64,000 bases of DNA. Source: Thalassovita sp. Lineage in GTDB: Bacteria; Pseudomonadota; Alphaproteobacteria; Rhodobacterales; Rhodobacteraceae. The notes beneath the pieces are model-generated. The model had not been told where the DNA came from and searched no databases. It saw only the letters and a program-made list of their open reading frames with translations. A program made the translations under genes and the position numbers. Where the stretch lies: assembly GCF_017792425.1 (NCBI RefSeq), contig NZ_CP051233.1. The stretch is one strand, 5' to 3'. Positions 29,625 to 39,340 of this stretch are shown one piece after another. How positions within the stretch are numbered: position 1 is the stretch's first letter; each line of letters begins with the position of its first letter.

Positions 29625-31547
29625 TCACTCTGTCATCGCCGTTTCAGACAGAAGCTGCGCGATCTTCGAACGGGTTTCCCGGCTGCGCGAAACCACGGAC
29701 TGCGCCGCGGACAGGCTGGTGCCCTGAACTGGCGGGTCGCCGTGCACGGTCGCGGCCTGCCCAGCCTTGACCGTGTCCATGCCGGAAAGAGACTGGTCAG
29801 CGGTTGGCGCCCGCGGGCGCGTCACCGGCTCGAACCCGGCTGCGAGGTCCGGGAACCCCATGTTCAGCAGCCTGTCCGCCGCATCTGTCAGGATCTGCGG
29901 CGGCATGGGCAGATCCCGCAACGCCGCGCCATAGCGCAGCATGTCGAAGTCACTGCCCAGCGCCACCAGATCGGCCAGGAAATCCCGCGCCCGTTCGGGG
30001 TGTTTTTGCGGCGGTTGCACCAGTGGCCACGCCGCGCCAAACTGACCTGCGCGGGTATGCGCCCGCACCAGCAGGTGTTCCAGTCGGGCGGCAATGCCCT
30101 CGTTGCGGTATTGGTGGGCATAGCTGGCCAGCAAATCTGTGGTTTCCGGCTGGATCGGGTTTCCTGCCGCCAGCTCGCCCGCGATCAGCTCTGCCAAGGC
30201 CAGGGGCGAGATCGGCGCATCGCTGGTGGCAGCCTGTGACAGCAGCGCGGTGGTTTCCTGCGTGTCTCCTGCCGTCGCCGCCAGTTGCGCCTTGGCATAA
30301 AGGGCCTCTGCCTGTGGTGGCGGTTCCTGGCGTTGCAGGATGCGCAGCACCATCTGCGCGGCCTCGTCATGGCCTGCGGTCAGCAGGCTGCGCGACAGAT
30401 CGGGGCCCAGGGCATCCCGCAGGTGCGGCGGCAGTTCGGCGAAGGCCCGCAGCGCATGGCCAGGATCGGACGGCCCCGGCGGCGTCGGCCCCGCGCTGTC
30501 CAGCAAGGCCCACAGCGACACGGCGCCCGGACACTCGCGATATTGCGCCAGGCCAACCGGCACGTCGGCCGCGCCCTCGATCAGACGGGCCAGTGACAGC
30601 AGGGTCGCGGTTTCCGGCGTCTGTTTGATACTGCGCAGCAACGCCATCGCCTCGGTGCCAAAGCCGAAATGCAGATAGTGGCGCACCGTGGCCAGCGCGG
30701 TGGCGTGGTTGACCCGTCCGGTTTCACCGACCAGATCCCGGCGCAGGGCGTTCAGCCCGTCAAGAAAACCGTGGCCGCCAACCCAGTTGGCGATGTCGAC
30801 CTCCTGATCGGCAAGGCATGTGGTATCGCTCGCCGGATCACGGCCCGGTTCGGTTTGCAGCCCCAGGTGCGCGGTCAGGTGGGTGGCATCGTCACCGGCC
30901 CGCTTCGGGGATTGCTCCGGTGGCGTCACCGTGTCGGGGGCCCCCGCCTGTGGGGGGGTGGCCAGCTCAACCAACCCCGAGGACATGGCCCGACCAAGCT
31001 GTTTCAGCAGCGCCGCCTCGGCCTGTTTGATCTGCCGGTCGTTGTTCGGCTGGGGAAAGGGACGCTCGGCCAGAAAATCGCGCGGCGGGGCCATCGGGGC
31101 TGCGGGGGGGTGCCCGGTGGACAGGTTCAGCCCCTGACCCGACAGGTATTTCAATCCCGGCGGCGTCTGTGGCGCCGCGGCGGCGGCGGGCGCGGTGGCA
31201 GCCATCCGAATATCGACAACCAGCATCGCAGAGGTGCTGGCGCTGGTCGATACCGCGCAGGCGCAGGCCAGCCCGATTTCCAGCGCGTTTTCCGTCGCCG
31301 TGACGGACGCCACACGGGTCCGGCCAATCCGGTCAAACACCTGCGCCACGTCGACGGCCCGGGGCATTGGATCAAAGACTACCCGCAAGGTCCGGCCGGA
31401 CTGGTCCACCTGCCATCCCGTGCCCGCAGGCAGACGCGCGGCCAGCCGCGTGAACCCGTCATGTTCACCGGATCGCAGGACGATTTCCTGCGCAAAGGCC
31501 AAACCCGGCGCAAGACACAGCAGCAGCGCAATCAGGGCGGATCGCAT
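29625..31547 (-). CDS. Large exported flagellar-cluster protein with TPR-like helical region
   Basis: Signal peptide, RSGEHDGFTRL, YLHFGFGTEA; start overlaps motA stop. Confidence 0.8.
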   Translation of the reverse strand: MRSALIALLLCLAPGLAFAQEIVLRSGEHDGFTRLAARLPAGTGWQVDQSGRTLRVVFDPMPRAVDVAQVFDRIGRTRVASVTATENALEIGLACACAVSTSASTSAMLVVDIRMAATAPAAAAAPQTPPGLKYLSGQGLNLSTGHPPAAPMAPPRDFLAERPFPQPNNDRQIKQAEAALLKQLGRAMSSGLVELATPPQAGAPDTVTPPEQSPKRAGDDATHLTAHLGLQTEPGRDPASDTTCLADQEVDIANWVGGHGFLDGLNALRRDLVGETGRVNHATALATVRHYLHFGFGTEAMALLRSIKQTPETATLLSLARLIEGAADVPVGLAQYRECPGAVSLWALLDSAGPTPPGPSDPGHALRAFAELPPHLRDALGPDLSRSLLTAGHDEAAQMVLRILQRQEPPPQAEALYAKAQLAATAGDTQETTALLSQAATSDAPISPLALAELIAGELAAGNPIQPETTDLLASYAHQYRNEGIAARLEHLLVRAHTRAGQFGAAWPLVQPPQKHPERARDFLADLVALGSDFDMLRYGAALRDLPMPPQILTDAADRLLNMGFPDLAAGFEPVTRPRAPTADQSLSGMDTVKAGQAATVHGDPPVQGTSLSAAQSVVSRSRETRSKIAQLLSETAMTE

Positions 31548-32416
31548 CAGGCGGCCTCTTGCTTGACAGCTTTCAGCGCCTCTTCGAGGTCCGAGAAACT
31601 GGGGCGGTGGTGCGACGGGGTATTCTGGCGACCGACCTCTATGCACATGTTGGTAGGGTGATTATACAGGTTGGCCACCAGCACCTCGCGGATCAGCTGA
31701 TAGAAATGGCCGTCCTCCTCGATCACCGCCTTCACCTTCGAAGCGAAGGGCGCCACCAGCCCGTAGGCCAGGAACACGCCCAGAAAAGTGCCAACCAGCG
31801 CACCGCCAATCATCTTGCCCAGGATTTCCGGCGGCTGGTCGATCGACCCCATCGTTTTGATCACGCCCAGAACGGCGGCCACGATGCCCAGCGCGGGCAG
31901 ACCGTCGGCGACCGTCTGCAGGGCATGGCTGGAATGCAGCGCGTGATGCAGGTTCGCCTCCATCCGCTTTTCCAGCACTTCCTCTACCTGGTGGGGGTCG
32001 TCATAGTTCATCGCTGCCGCGCGCAATGTATCGCAGATCAGGTTCACCGCTTCCGCATCGGTCAGGATCCGGGGATACCTGGCAAAGATCGTCGATTCCT
32101 GTGGTTGTTCGATATGGGCGTCCAGCCCGACAGGGTTTGACCGCGCGATTCGGATCAGTTCGAACAGAAGGCACAGCAAGTCCTTGTAATCCTGCGGTTT
32201 CCACCGCGGCCCCTTGAATACCTTGCCAATGTCCTTGAGCGTGTGTTTGACGGTGGCGATTTCGTTGCTGATCAAAAACGCCCCCACTGCCGCGCCACCG
32301 ATCATCATCATTTCGAACGGCAGCGATTTGAGGATGATCCCCAGCTTGCCACCCGCCGCCAGATATCCCCCGAAAACCATCACGAAGATGACGACAATAC
32401 CGATCAGGCCGAACAT
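31547..32416 (-). CDS. motA: Stator protein MotA
   Basis: LPALGIVAAVLGVI, GGALVGTFLG. Confidence 0.97.
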   Translation of the reverse strand: MFGLIGIVVIFVMVFGGYLAAGGKLGIILKSLPFEMMMIGGAAVGAFLISNEIATVKHTLKDIGKVFKGPRWKPQDYKDLLCLLFELIRIARSNPVGLDAHIEQPQESTIFARYPRILTDAEAVNLICDTLRAAAMNYDDPHQVEEVLEKRMEANLHHALHSSHALQTVADGLPALGIVAAVLGVIKTMGSIDQPPEILGKMIGGALVGTFLGVFLAYGLVAPFASKVKAVIEEDGHFYQLIREVLVANLYNHPTNMCIEVGRQNTPSHHRPSFSDLEEALKAVKQEAA

Positions 32417-32482
32417 TTTTCCGTTTCTCCGTTGCTTCGACTCGCAGCTTCGCAGGTCCGGGTTAAGAAACCCTTTGGCGTC

Positions 32483-33085
32483 TCAGTTCCGGGGCGCTTC
32501 GGCATTTCTGCCGGCCAGCACCACGCTTAGCGTATAGGCGACCTGCGGGCTGAGCCCCGCCATGACCCCCGCTGCCGATTCCGGGTTCATCCGCGCCAGA
32601 AATCCGGCCGCAAAGTTCGGGTCCATCTCTTCAAACAGGGCAGCGGCGTCTTTCGGCTTCATGTTCTCGTAGACGCTGACCAGACGGGAAATGTCCTTCT
32701 CGGCGGCCTGGTCGGCGATGGCCAGGGTTCGGCTCAGCTCCTCCTCGGTGCGCGTCATCTCTTGCAGCCGGGTGGCAATTTCACGGTCCGCCTCGGCCAG
32801 CGCGTCCATCCGCCGGGCGATCATCTTTTCGCGGTCGTCCAGCCGTTTCTTGCGGTTCTCCAGCGCCTCCAGCACGGTGCGCAGGTCGTCCTCTGACGTG
32901 CATTCCGCCGCGGGGTCCGTCTGCGCATCTTCGGCGTGGGTCGCCTGCGGGGGGGCGGTTTTGGCCCAGGCCTCGCCCGCGCTGGTCGCGGTCCGCACCA
33001 CGGCCGATCCGATCAGCAGGCAGGCGATGATGGCAAGCGAGCCCTTGCCTGCACGCTTGCGGTCACGTTTCCTGCCCAGGCTCAT
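32483..33085 (-). CDS. motE: MotE-family protein
   Basis: LVSVYENMKPKDAAALF...LARM; coiled coil after a hydrophobic N-terminus. Confidence 0.8.
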   Translation of the reverse strand: MSLGRKRDRKRAGKGSLAIIACLLIGSAVVRTATSAGEAWAKTAPPQATHAEDAQTDPAAECTSEDDLRTVLEALENRKKRLDDREKMIARRMDALAEADREIATRLQEMTRTEEELSRTLAIADQAAEKDISRLVSVYENMKPKDAAALFEEMDPNFAAGFLARMNPESAAGVMAGLSPQVAYTLSVVLAGRNAEAPRN

Positions 33086-33453
33086 TTCGCGCCACCTGTG
33101 CCGTGCCGAAAGAACAACGCCTCTGGCCGTGGTTCGGGTTGCGGGTCCGGGCGGGCGTCGGGCGGGGCGTCCGGCAGATCGTGCATCGACGCCACCAGCA
33201 GTTCCAGTCGCTTGGCCACCTGTTCGGCCCGGTCGGTCAGCCCGTCCAGCGACATGGTCGAGGAATCGGCGATCTTCTGCGCCATCTGCAGCGTCTTCGT
33301 CAGGTCATCCACCTGCGAGGACAGCACCGCCACCGCGCCGCCCACCCCGTTTTCCAGGTCGTTGAACCGGCTCAGCCTGCGGGCGAGTATGAAGCAATAG
33401 AACCCGGCCCCCAGGGCGCCGGCCACCAGCAAGACATCCGCGATAAATTCCAT
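33082..33453 (-). CDS. Single-pass membrane coiled-coil protein of the motor operon
   Basis: N-terminal TM, heptad pattern; ATGA overlap with motE. Confidence 0.8.
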   Translation of the reverse strand: MEFIADVLLVAGALGAGFYCFILARRLSRFNDLENGVGGAVAVLSSQVDDLTKTLQMAQKIADSSTMSLDGLTDRAEQVAKRLELLVASMHDLPDAPPDARPDPQPEPRPEALFFRHGTGGAK

Positions 33454-33464
33454 CCGTTTTCCCC

Positions 33465-33980
33465 TTAGTTCAGCACGAATTCCATGATCAAAAGGTCGTT
33501 CACCCGGTCCGGTCCGGCCACGATCTGCACCCGCCGCAGCATCTGCGCGCGCAACCGGACCAGAGCCGCGGGCTGTTCCAGGTCGGTTTCCTGCACCGCG
33601 CGCAGATAGCTGTTCAGGACATCGACGATCCGCGGCATCAGCCGCTCTACCTCGGCGGTGTGCTGCGGGCTGGTTTCGATCTGCCCCCTGAACCGCAGGT
33701 GCCGGGCAGTGGCCGCCGGACCAAGGGAAATCACCATCGGCTCCATCGCGACAAAGGCGATTTCCGCCGCGCCCGTACCCTGTGGGGCGGCGTCATGATG
33801 CGCCTCGTCGGGTGCATCCCCCTCTGCCACATGCGCTGATTCGCCCAGCGGCAGCAGCCCGCTTCTGACCGCGTAATACCCGCCACCAGCCCCGATCAGG
33901 GCCAGCAAAACCCCAATGAGCACAGGCAGTTTCCCGGATTTTTCCTTACCGTCCCCGGCCACAGATTCTGTTGCGGTCAT
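33465..33980 (-). CDS. fliL: Basal body-associated FliL
   Basis: TM helix, MPRIVDVLNSYLR, LLIMEFVLN; GAGG RBS before 33980. Confidence 0.9.
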   Translation of the reverse strand: MTATESVAGDGKEKSGKLPVLIGVLLALIGAGGGYYAVRSGLLPLGESAHVAEGDAPDEAHHDAAPQGTGAAEIAFVAMEPMVISLGPAATARHLRFRGQIETSPQHTAEVERLMPRIVDVLNSYLRAVQETDLEQPAALVRLRAQMLRRVQIVAGPDRVNDLLIMEFVLN

Positions 33981-34026
33981 CGCCGTCCTCTTTCCTTTGA
34001 ACAAACCCTGAATAGACCGGAAGGAG

Positions 34027-34041
34027 CTAACCGATTGTTAA
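34027..34041. promoter_or_regulatory. CtrA-like box between divergent fliL and fliF
   Basis: CTAA-N7-TTAA, one mismatch to consensus. Confidence 0.7.
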
Positions 34042-34098
34042 GGCTGAGCGTGGAAAACAGGGTCACTGGGCAGAACGCCCGCCACGACGGAGGAACCC

Positions 34099-35664
34099 GT
34101 GCAACAGCTTCTACAGGTCTGGTCCGCGCTGAATATGCGCAAGCAAATCATGGTCGGTGTGGCGACCGTCGCGATGTTCGCCGCCATATTGGGCATGTCG
34201 CGCCTGGTGGCCGCACCGAACATGGTGCTGCTATACGCCGGGCTGGAAAGCGCCGCCGCCGGAGAGGTCGTGCAGGCACTGGAACAGCGCGGCGTCGCCT
34301 ACCAGGTGCGCGGCGGTTCCATTTTCGTCGAGGACCGCAACCGGGACGAGTTGCGCATGACGCTCGCCAGCGCGGGGCTGCCCGCGAATGGCGGCAGCGG
34401 CTATGAATTGCTAGACAACCTGACCGGGTTCGGCACCACCTCGCAGATGTTCAACGCCGCCTACTGGCGCGCGAAAGAAGGCGAACTGGCCCGCACCATG
34501 CTGGCCAGCCCCAACATCACCAAGGCCCGGGTGCATATCGCCAACGCCTCGTCCTCGCCGTTCCAGCGGGAACTGAAGCCCTCGGCCTCTGTTTCCGTCG
34601 TGGCGGCGGGCGGGCTGACCCCGGCCCACGCACGCGCGCTGCGCTATCTGGTGGCCTCGGCGGTGGCGGGGCTAGAGCCCAAGGATGTCGTGATCATCGA
34701 CAGTGTCGGCAACCTGGTCAGCACCGACGAAACCACGGTGCCAGCGGTCGCCGACGACCGCTCGACCGAGCTTCGGGAGCGTGTGCAGCGTCTGCTGGAG
34801 GCGCGGGTCGGCCCCGGCAACGCGGTGGTCGAGGTGTCCGTGGACACCGTCACCGAAAGCGAATCGATCCGCCAGCGCACCTTCGATCCGGCGAGCAGGG
34901 TGCTGGTCAGCTCTGATTCCGAGGAAAGCACCAACGATTCCCGGAACAATGGCGGCGGAGAGGTCACCGTCGCCAGCAACATCCCGTCGGGCGATGCAAA
35001 CGGGGCGGAAAACGCCAGCTCCCAGACCAGCCAAACCCGCGAAAGGGTGAATTACGAAGTGTCGGAAACCCAGCGCGAAATCATCCGCGCGCCGGGATCG
35101 GTGAAACGCCAGACCGTCGCGGTGCTGGTCAACGGGGTCGAATCGCCGGGCCCGGACGGCGCCACCACGATCCAGCTACGCGATGACGCCGAACTGCAGG
35201 CGCTGCGCGAACTGGTCGCCTCTGCCGTTGGATACGATGAATCCCGCGGCGACGTCATCACGATCAAATCCATGATCTTCCAGCCCGTCATCCCGCTGGG
35301 CACCGAAGCCTCCACCAGCTTGCTTGACCTGCCGCCGCTGGACGTGATGACCCTGTTGAAGCTGGCCGTCGCGGCGCTGGTCACGCTGATCCTGGGCCTG
35401 TTCGTGGTGCGGCCCATCCTGTCGCGCCCACCCCTGCCAGAGCCGGACCAACCCGCCCGCCTGCAGGCCGCCCTGACCGGCGAGATTGATGACGGCGATA
35501 CCGACCTATCCGGCCTGCCGGTCGTCGGCAACGCCACGCTTTCCCCGCCCGCGGCCCATTCGCAGGAGGACGCCGTGGAACGGCTGCGCAGCCTGATCAA
35601 CGACCGCCGCGACGAAACCGTCGAAATCCTGCGCAGCTGGCTGGAAGACGAGGAGGACGCCTGA
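34099..35664 (+). CDS. fliF: MS-ring protein FliF
   Basis: GYELLD, RAKEGELART, ARVHIA, VNYEVS; two TM helices. Confidence 0.96.
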   Translation: MQQLLQVWSALNMRKQIMVGVATVAMFAAILGMSRLVAAPNMVLLYAGLESAAAGEVVQALEQRGVAYQVRGGSIFVEDRNRDELRMTLASAGLPANGGSGYELLDNLTGFGTTSQMFNAAYWRAKEGELARTMLASPNITKARVHIANASSSPFQRELKPSASVSVVAAGGLTPAHARALRYLVASAVAGLEPKDVVIIDSVGNLVSTDETTVPAVADDRSTELRERVQRLLEARVGPGNAVVEVSVDTVTESESIRQRTFDPASRVLVSSDSEESTNDSRNNGGGEVTVASNIPSGDANGAENASSQTSQTRERVNYEVSETQREIIRAPGSVKRQTVAVLVNGVESPGPDGATTIQLRDDAELQALRELVASAVGYDESRGDVITIKSMIFQPVIPLGTEASTSLLDLPPLDVMTLLKLAVAALVTLILGLFVVRPILSRPPLPEPDQPARLQAALTGEIDDGDTDLSGLPVVGNATLSPPAAHSQEDAVERLRSLINDRRDETVEILRSWLEDEEDA

Positions 35665-36257
35665 TGACGATCGCCCACCTGCTGCAGGATTTCGGCAATT
35701 ACCACGGCAGCGGGCCGGACCCGGTGATCTCCGACGCCACGCTGGAGGAACACCAACTGGAAGCGTTCGAACAGGGCTATCAGGCCGGGTGGGACGATTC
35801 GGCCCGCGCCCATGCCGAGGATCAGGCCCGCATTGGCGAAGAGCTTGCCGCGACGCTGCAGCAGCTTTCCTTCACCTTCCACGATGCCCAGGCCAAGGTG
35901 CTGAACGCACTGCGGCCGCTGTTTCACCAGATGGCGGAAATCTTCCTGCCCGAATTGGCGCGCGCCTCCTTGCCCCATCTGATCGCCGAACAACTGGCCG
36001 CCCTGGCGGCGGATCAACCCGGTGAAACCCTGACCCTGGCCGTTTCAGGCCACGACAAACCCGCGATCGACGCCTTGTTACAGCGTTACGGCAGCTATGC
36101 CGTCCGGGTCGTGGCCCAGCCCGATTTTCCCCCCGGACACGCCGAAATCACCGCACCCGACGAAGAGCGGCGCATCGACCTTGGGCAGGTCGTCCATGAG
36201 ATGTCGCAGGCGCTGGACGCCTTCGCGGACGAAATCGAAACCCAAGCCAAAGCATAA
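35664..36257 (+). CDS. fliH: FliH-like export protein
   Basis: AFEQGYQAGWDD repeat; between fliF and fliN. Confidence 0.7.
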   Translation: MTIAHLLQDFGNYHGSGPDPVISDATLEEHQLEAFEQGYQAGWDDSARAHAEDQARIGEELAATLQQLSFTFHDAQAKVLNALRPLFHQMAEIFLPELARASLPHLIAEQLAALAADQPGETLTLAVSGHDKPAIDALLQRYGSYAVRVVAQPDFPPGHAEITAPDEERRIDLGQVVHEMSQALDAFADEIETQAKA

Positions 36258-36268
36258 AGGCCCAGACC

Positions 36269-36541
36269 ATGACACAGGACATGAAACAAAGCCCCTTTTC
36301 CGCCCTGCCGGTGGAAATCACCATCTCTGTCGGCAAGGCGCGCCCGCTGATCCGTGACCTTCTCGCGCTTCAGGAAAACTCGGTCCTGCCACTGGACAAG
36401 CGGGTCGAAGACCCGGTGGAGCTGTTCATCGGCGAACGTCTGATCGCCCGCGGCCAACTGGAAGAACTGGACGGCGATCAAAAGGGCCTGCTGGCCGTCC
36501 GCCTGACAGAGGTCGCCAGCCTTGGGGACGGGTTGAAATGA
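36269..36541 (+). CDS. fliN: Motor switch protein FliN
   Basis: SpoA-type domain: PVEITISVG...LIARGQL. Confidence 0.88.
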   Translation: MTQDMKQSPFSALPVEITISVGKARPLIRDLLALQENSVLPLDKRVEDPVELFIGERLIARGQLEELDGDQKGLLAVRLTEVASLGDGLK

Positions 36542-37269
36542 ACCGGGCTTTCGCGGGGATCGCGCTGGCGCTGGCCCTGCTGGCGCCGGGCATGGTGGCA
36601 GCCCAGGGCATTTCCATAGATCTGGGGCAGGACGGGTCGCTGACCGCCCGGTCGCTGCAACTGTTCGCGCTGATCACGGTGCTCAGCCTGGCGCCGGGAA
36701 TCGCGATCATGGTCACCTGTTTCCCATTCCTTGTCACCGTGCTGTCCATCCTGCGGCAGGCCATCGGGCTGCAGCAGTCCCCGCCCAACATGCTGATCGT
36801 GACGCTGGCGCTGTTCCTCACCTATTTCGTGATGGACCCGGTATTTACCGAGGCATGGACGAACGGAATCGCGCCCCTGCTGGATTCGAAACTGGATTTC
36901 GAGCCCGCCTTCGAAAAGACCCTGCAGCCGTTCCGCATATTCATGGCCTCGCGTCTGGACGCCGAAACATTCGAAGCGATCAACGCCCTGCGCCCCACGC
37001 CAGACCCGTTCACCGACATGGCGCAGGCGCCGATATCCACGCTGGTGCCCAGCTTCCTGCTGTCGGAAATCGCACGGGCCTTCCAGGTGGGGTTCCTGAT
37101 CTATCTGCCCTTCGTGATCATTGATCTGGTCGTCGCCGCGATCCTGATGTCGATGGGTATGATGATGGTCCCCCCCGCCGTCGTGTCGCTGCCGTTCAAG
37201 CTGGCGTTCTTCGTCATCGCGGACGGCTGGGCACTGGTCGCGGGCGCGCTGGTTACCGGCTACATGTAG
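36538..37269 (+). CDS. fliP: Export apparatus FliP
   Basis: QQSPPN, YLPFVIIDLVVA, MGMMMVPP, SLPFKL. Confidence 0.97.
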   Translation: MNRAFAGIALALALLAPGMVAAQGISIDLGQDGSLTARSLQLFALITVLSLAPGIAIMVTCFPFLVTVLSILRQAIGLQQSPPNMLIVTLALFLTYFVMDPVFTEAWTNGIAPLLDSKLDFEPAFEKTLQPFRIFMASRLDAETFEAINALRPTPDPFTDMAQAPISTLVPSFLLSEIARAFQVGFLIYLPFVIIDLVVAAILMSMGMMMVPPAVVSLPFKLAFFVIADGWALVAGALVTGYM

Positions 37270-37323
37270 ACACGCGAACCCCGGCGCTGGCAGCACCGGC
37301 AAACCTGAAATAATGGGGAAATT

Positions 37324-37399
<76 letters not shown>

Positions 37400-37431
37400 A
37401 AAGCGACGGACCGTTCCGATCCGTGCGCCGC

Positions 37432-37460
37432 TATCTATGGGATGCCGGGGGCAGGATCAA
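37432..37460 (-). promoter_or_regulatory. Sigma70-type promoter of tRNA-Ala
   Basis: TTGATC-N17-TAGATA. Confidence 0.55.
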
Positions 37461-37503
37461 GCGGAAAATTCCGCCCCCGGGAAGTTTTTCGAAACCGGTC
37501 CGA

Positions 37504-37824
37504 TCAGGACTCGTCGTCGTCCGAAGCGACATCCGCCAGGTCGTCCAGCGACACGTTGTCGTCGTCGTCGTCGTCCAGCAGATCGTCGTCCAGATCCACG
37601 TCAACATCATCATCCAGCAGGTCCGAATCGTTGTCCGAGTCGGATTCGCGCATTTTCTTGGTCGCGGCATCCTCGGCGTCTGCGGCGATCATCCGGCTCT
37701 TGCCGGTATCCAGTTCCACGACCTCGCCGGTATAGGGGCTGATGATCGGGTTCTTGTTCAGGTCATAAAACCGCTTGCCGGTGGTCGGGCAAACGCGCTT
37801 CGTGCCCCATTCTTCCTTGGGCAT
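37504..37824 (-). CDS. TIGR02300 / FYDLN acidic-domain protein
   Basis: WGTKRVCP..GKRFYDLN and Asp-rich tail. Confidence 0.93.
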   Translation of the reverse strand: MPKEEWGTKRVCPTTGKRFYDLNKNPIISPYTGEVVELDTGKSRMIAADAEDAATKKMRESDSDNDSDLLDDDVDVDLDDDLLDDDDDDNVSLDDLADVASDDDES

Positions 37825-37939
37825 GGGTAATCCCCTCTATCCTTGTGGTCTTGTCGACGATCCGCGCCAACTGCCATAACAGGCCCCGTGTGTCAAAGCC
37901 TTTCACGGGCGGCACGAGGATTCGCAGTCAGGAGGCGAT

Positions 37940-38632
37940 ATGGGGCATCACGTGCTGCCCGGCAACCCCCCGATTCAGGTTGTCCTGCGCCGGTCGGCGC
38001 GGGCGCGCCGGATCTCGCTCCGGGTATCGGGTCTGGACGGGCGGGTCGTGCTGACCGTGCCCAAGCGGGTGCGCGTCGCCGAGGCGCTGGATTTCGCGCA
38101 GGAGAAGGCGGACTGGATCCGCGCCCACCTGTCGCAGCAGCCTGATCTGGTGCCCGTCGCCACCGGCGCCCTGCTGCCGGTCGAGGGCCGGATGCGCCGG
38201 ATCGCGCCGATCCCCGGACGCCGCGTGCACCTGACCCCGGACATGCTGGGCGTGCCCGGCCCGGAAACCGGCGTGCCCGCCCGGCTGACCGGCTACTTGC
38301 GTGAACTGGCGCGCGACCGGCTGGTGGCGGCGTCCGATCTTTACGCCGCGCGGCTGGGGCGACCATATTCCGGGGTGACGCTGCGCGATACCCGGTCGCG
38401 CTGGGGGTCGTGTTCGTCGCGGGGCGGGCTGAACTATTCCTGGCGGCTGATCATGGCGCCGCCCGAAGTGCTGTCCTACGTTGCCGCGCACGAGGTCGCG
38501 CATCTGGCGCAGATGAACCACTCGCCCGCCTTCTGGGCCACCGTGGAACAGATCCACGGCCCCTATGACCACCCGCGCCACTGGCTGCGACAGAATGGCA
38601 GCCAACTGCACCGCTACAGGTTTACAGATTGA
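37940..38632 (+). CDS. M48/YgjP-like zinc metallohydrolase
   Basis: RWGSCS, HEVAH, NHSPAFW. Confidence 0.92.
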   Translation: MGHHVLPGNPPIQVVLRRSARARRISLRVSGLDGRVVLTVPKRVRVAEALDFAQEKADWIRAHLSQQPDLVPVATGALLPVEGRMRRIAPIPGRRVHLTPDMLGVPGPETGVPARLTGYLRELARDRLVAASDLYAARLGRPYSGVTLRDTRSRWGSCSSRGGLNYSWRLIMAPPEVLSYVAAHEVAHLAQMNHSPAFWATVEQIHGPYDHPRHWLRQNGSQLHRYRFTD

Positions 38633-38642
38633 CGGCCGCGGG

Positions 38643-38658
38643 TTTTGTGATCACAAAA
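38643..38658. promoter_or_regulatory. Perfect 16-bp palindrome, likely GntR operator
   Basis: TTTTGTGATCACAAAA, 4 nt before the GntR ATG and downstream of TTGACG (38629-38634). Confidence 0.75.
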
Positions 38659-38662
38659 GGCC

Positions 38663-39310
38663 ATGCTGATCGCACCCCGCCAGGACCAGGCCACTTCTGC
38701 CCATGACCGCGTTTACCGCGGATTGCGCAGCCGCATCATGCACGGTGAAATCGCGCCGGGCCAGTCACTGACCCTGCGCGGGGTCGGCCGCGAATTCGAG
38801 GTCTCGATGACCCCCGCCCGCGAGGCGGTGAACCGTCTGGTGGCCGAGGGCGCGCTGCAGATGTCCTCTTCGGGGCGGGCCTCTACCCCTGAACTGTCCA
38901 ACGAACGGATAGAGGAACTGGCCGTCCTGCGCTCGCTGCTAGAGGTAGAGCTGGCCAGCCGCGCCCTGCCCCGCGCCCACATGGCGCTGATCGAACGGCT
39001 GCAGACCATCAACAACACCGTGTCCGAAATGGTCGCCCGGCAGGATGCCGTCGGTTATATCCGCACCAACCTGGAATTTCACCGCACCCTGTATCTGCGC
39101 GCGCAGGCCCCGGCGATGCTGGCGATGGCAGAAACGGTCTGGCTGCAACTGGGGCCGACGATGCGCGCGCTGTATGGCCGGTTGCGCCGCAAGGATCCGC
39201 CGCAATACCACCGCCTGATCATCGCCGCGCTGAAGGCCGGGGACGAACCGGGGCTGCGGTTGGCGGTTCGGTCCGACGTGACCCAGGGGCTGAAAATGCT
39301 GGCGGGCTGA
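38663..39310 (+). CDS. GntR-family (FCD) transcriptional regulator
   Basis: VSMTPAREAV winged HTH; NLEFH in the C-terminal domain. Confidence 0.93.
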   Translation: MLIAPRQDQATSAHDRVYRGLRSRIMHGEIAPGQSLTLRGVGREFEVSMTPAREAVNRLVAEGALQMSSSGRASTPELSNERIEELAVLRSLLEVELASRALPRAHMALIERLQTINNTVSEMVARQDAVGYIRTNLEFHRTLYLRAQAPAMLAMAETVWLQLGPTMRALYGRLRRKDPPQYHRLIIAALKAGDEPGLRLAVRSDVTQGLKMLAG

Positions 39311-39340
39311 CCGCGCCTTGCATCCGCACCCAATACGCGC

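Noticed and set aside
37504..37650. GTC trinucleotide runs
   Set aside because: Encode the Asp-rich tail normal for TIGR02300 proteins; not a CRISPR or contingency repeat.
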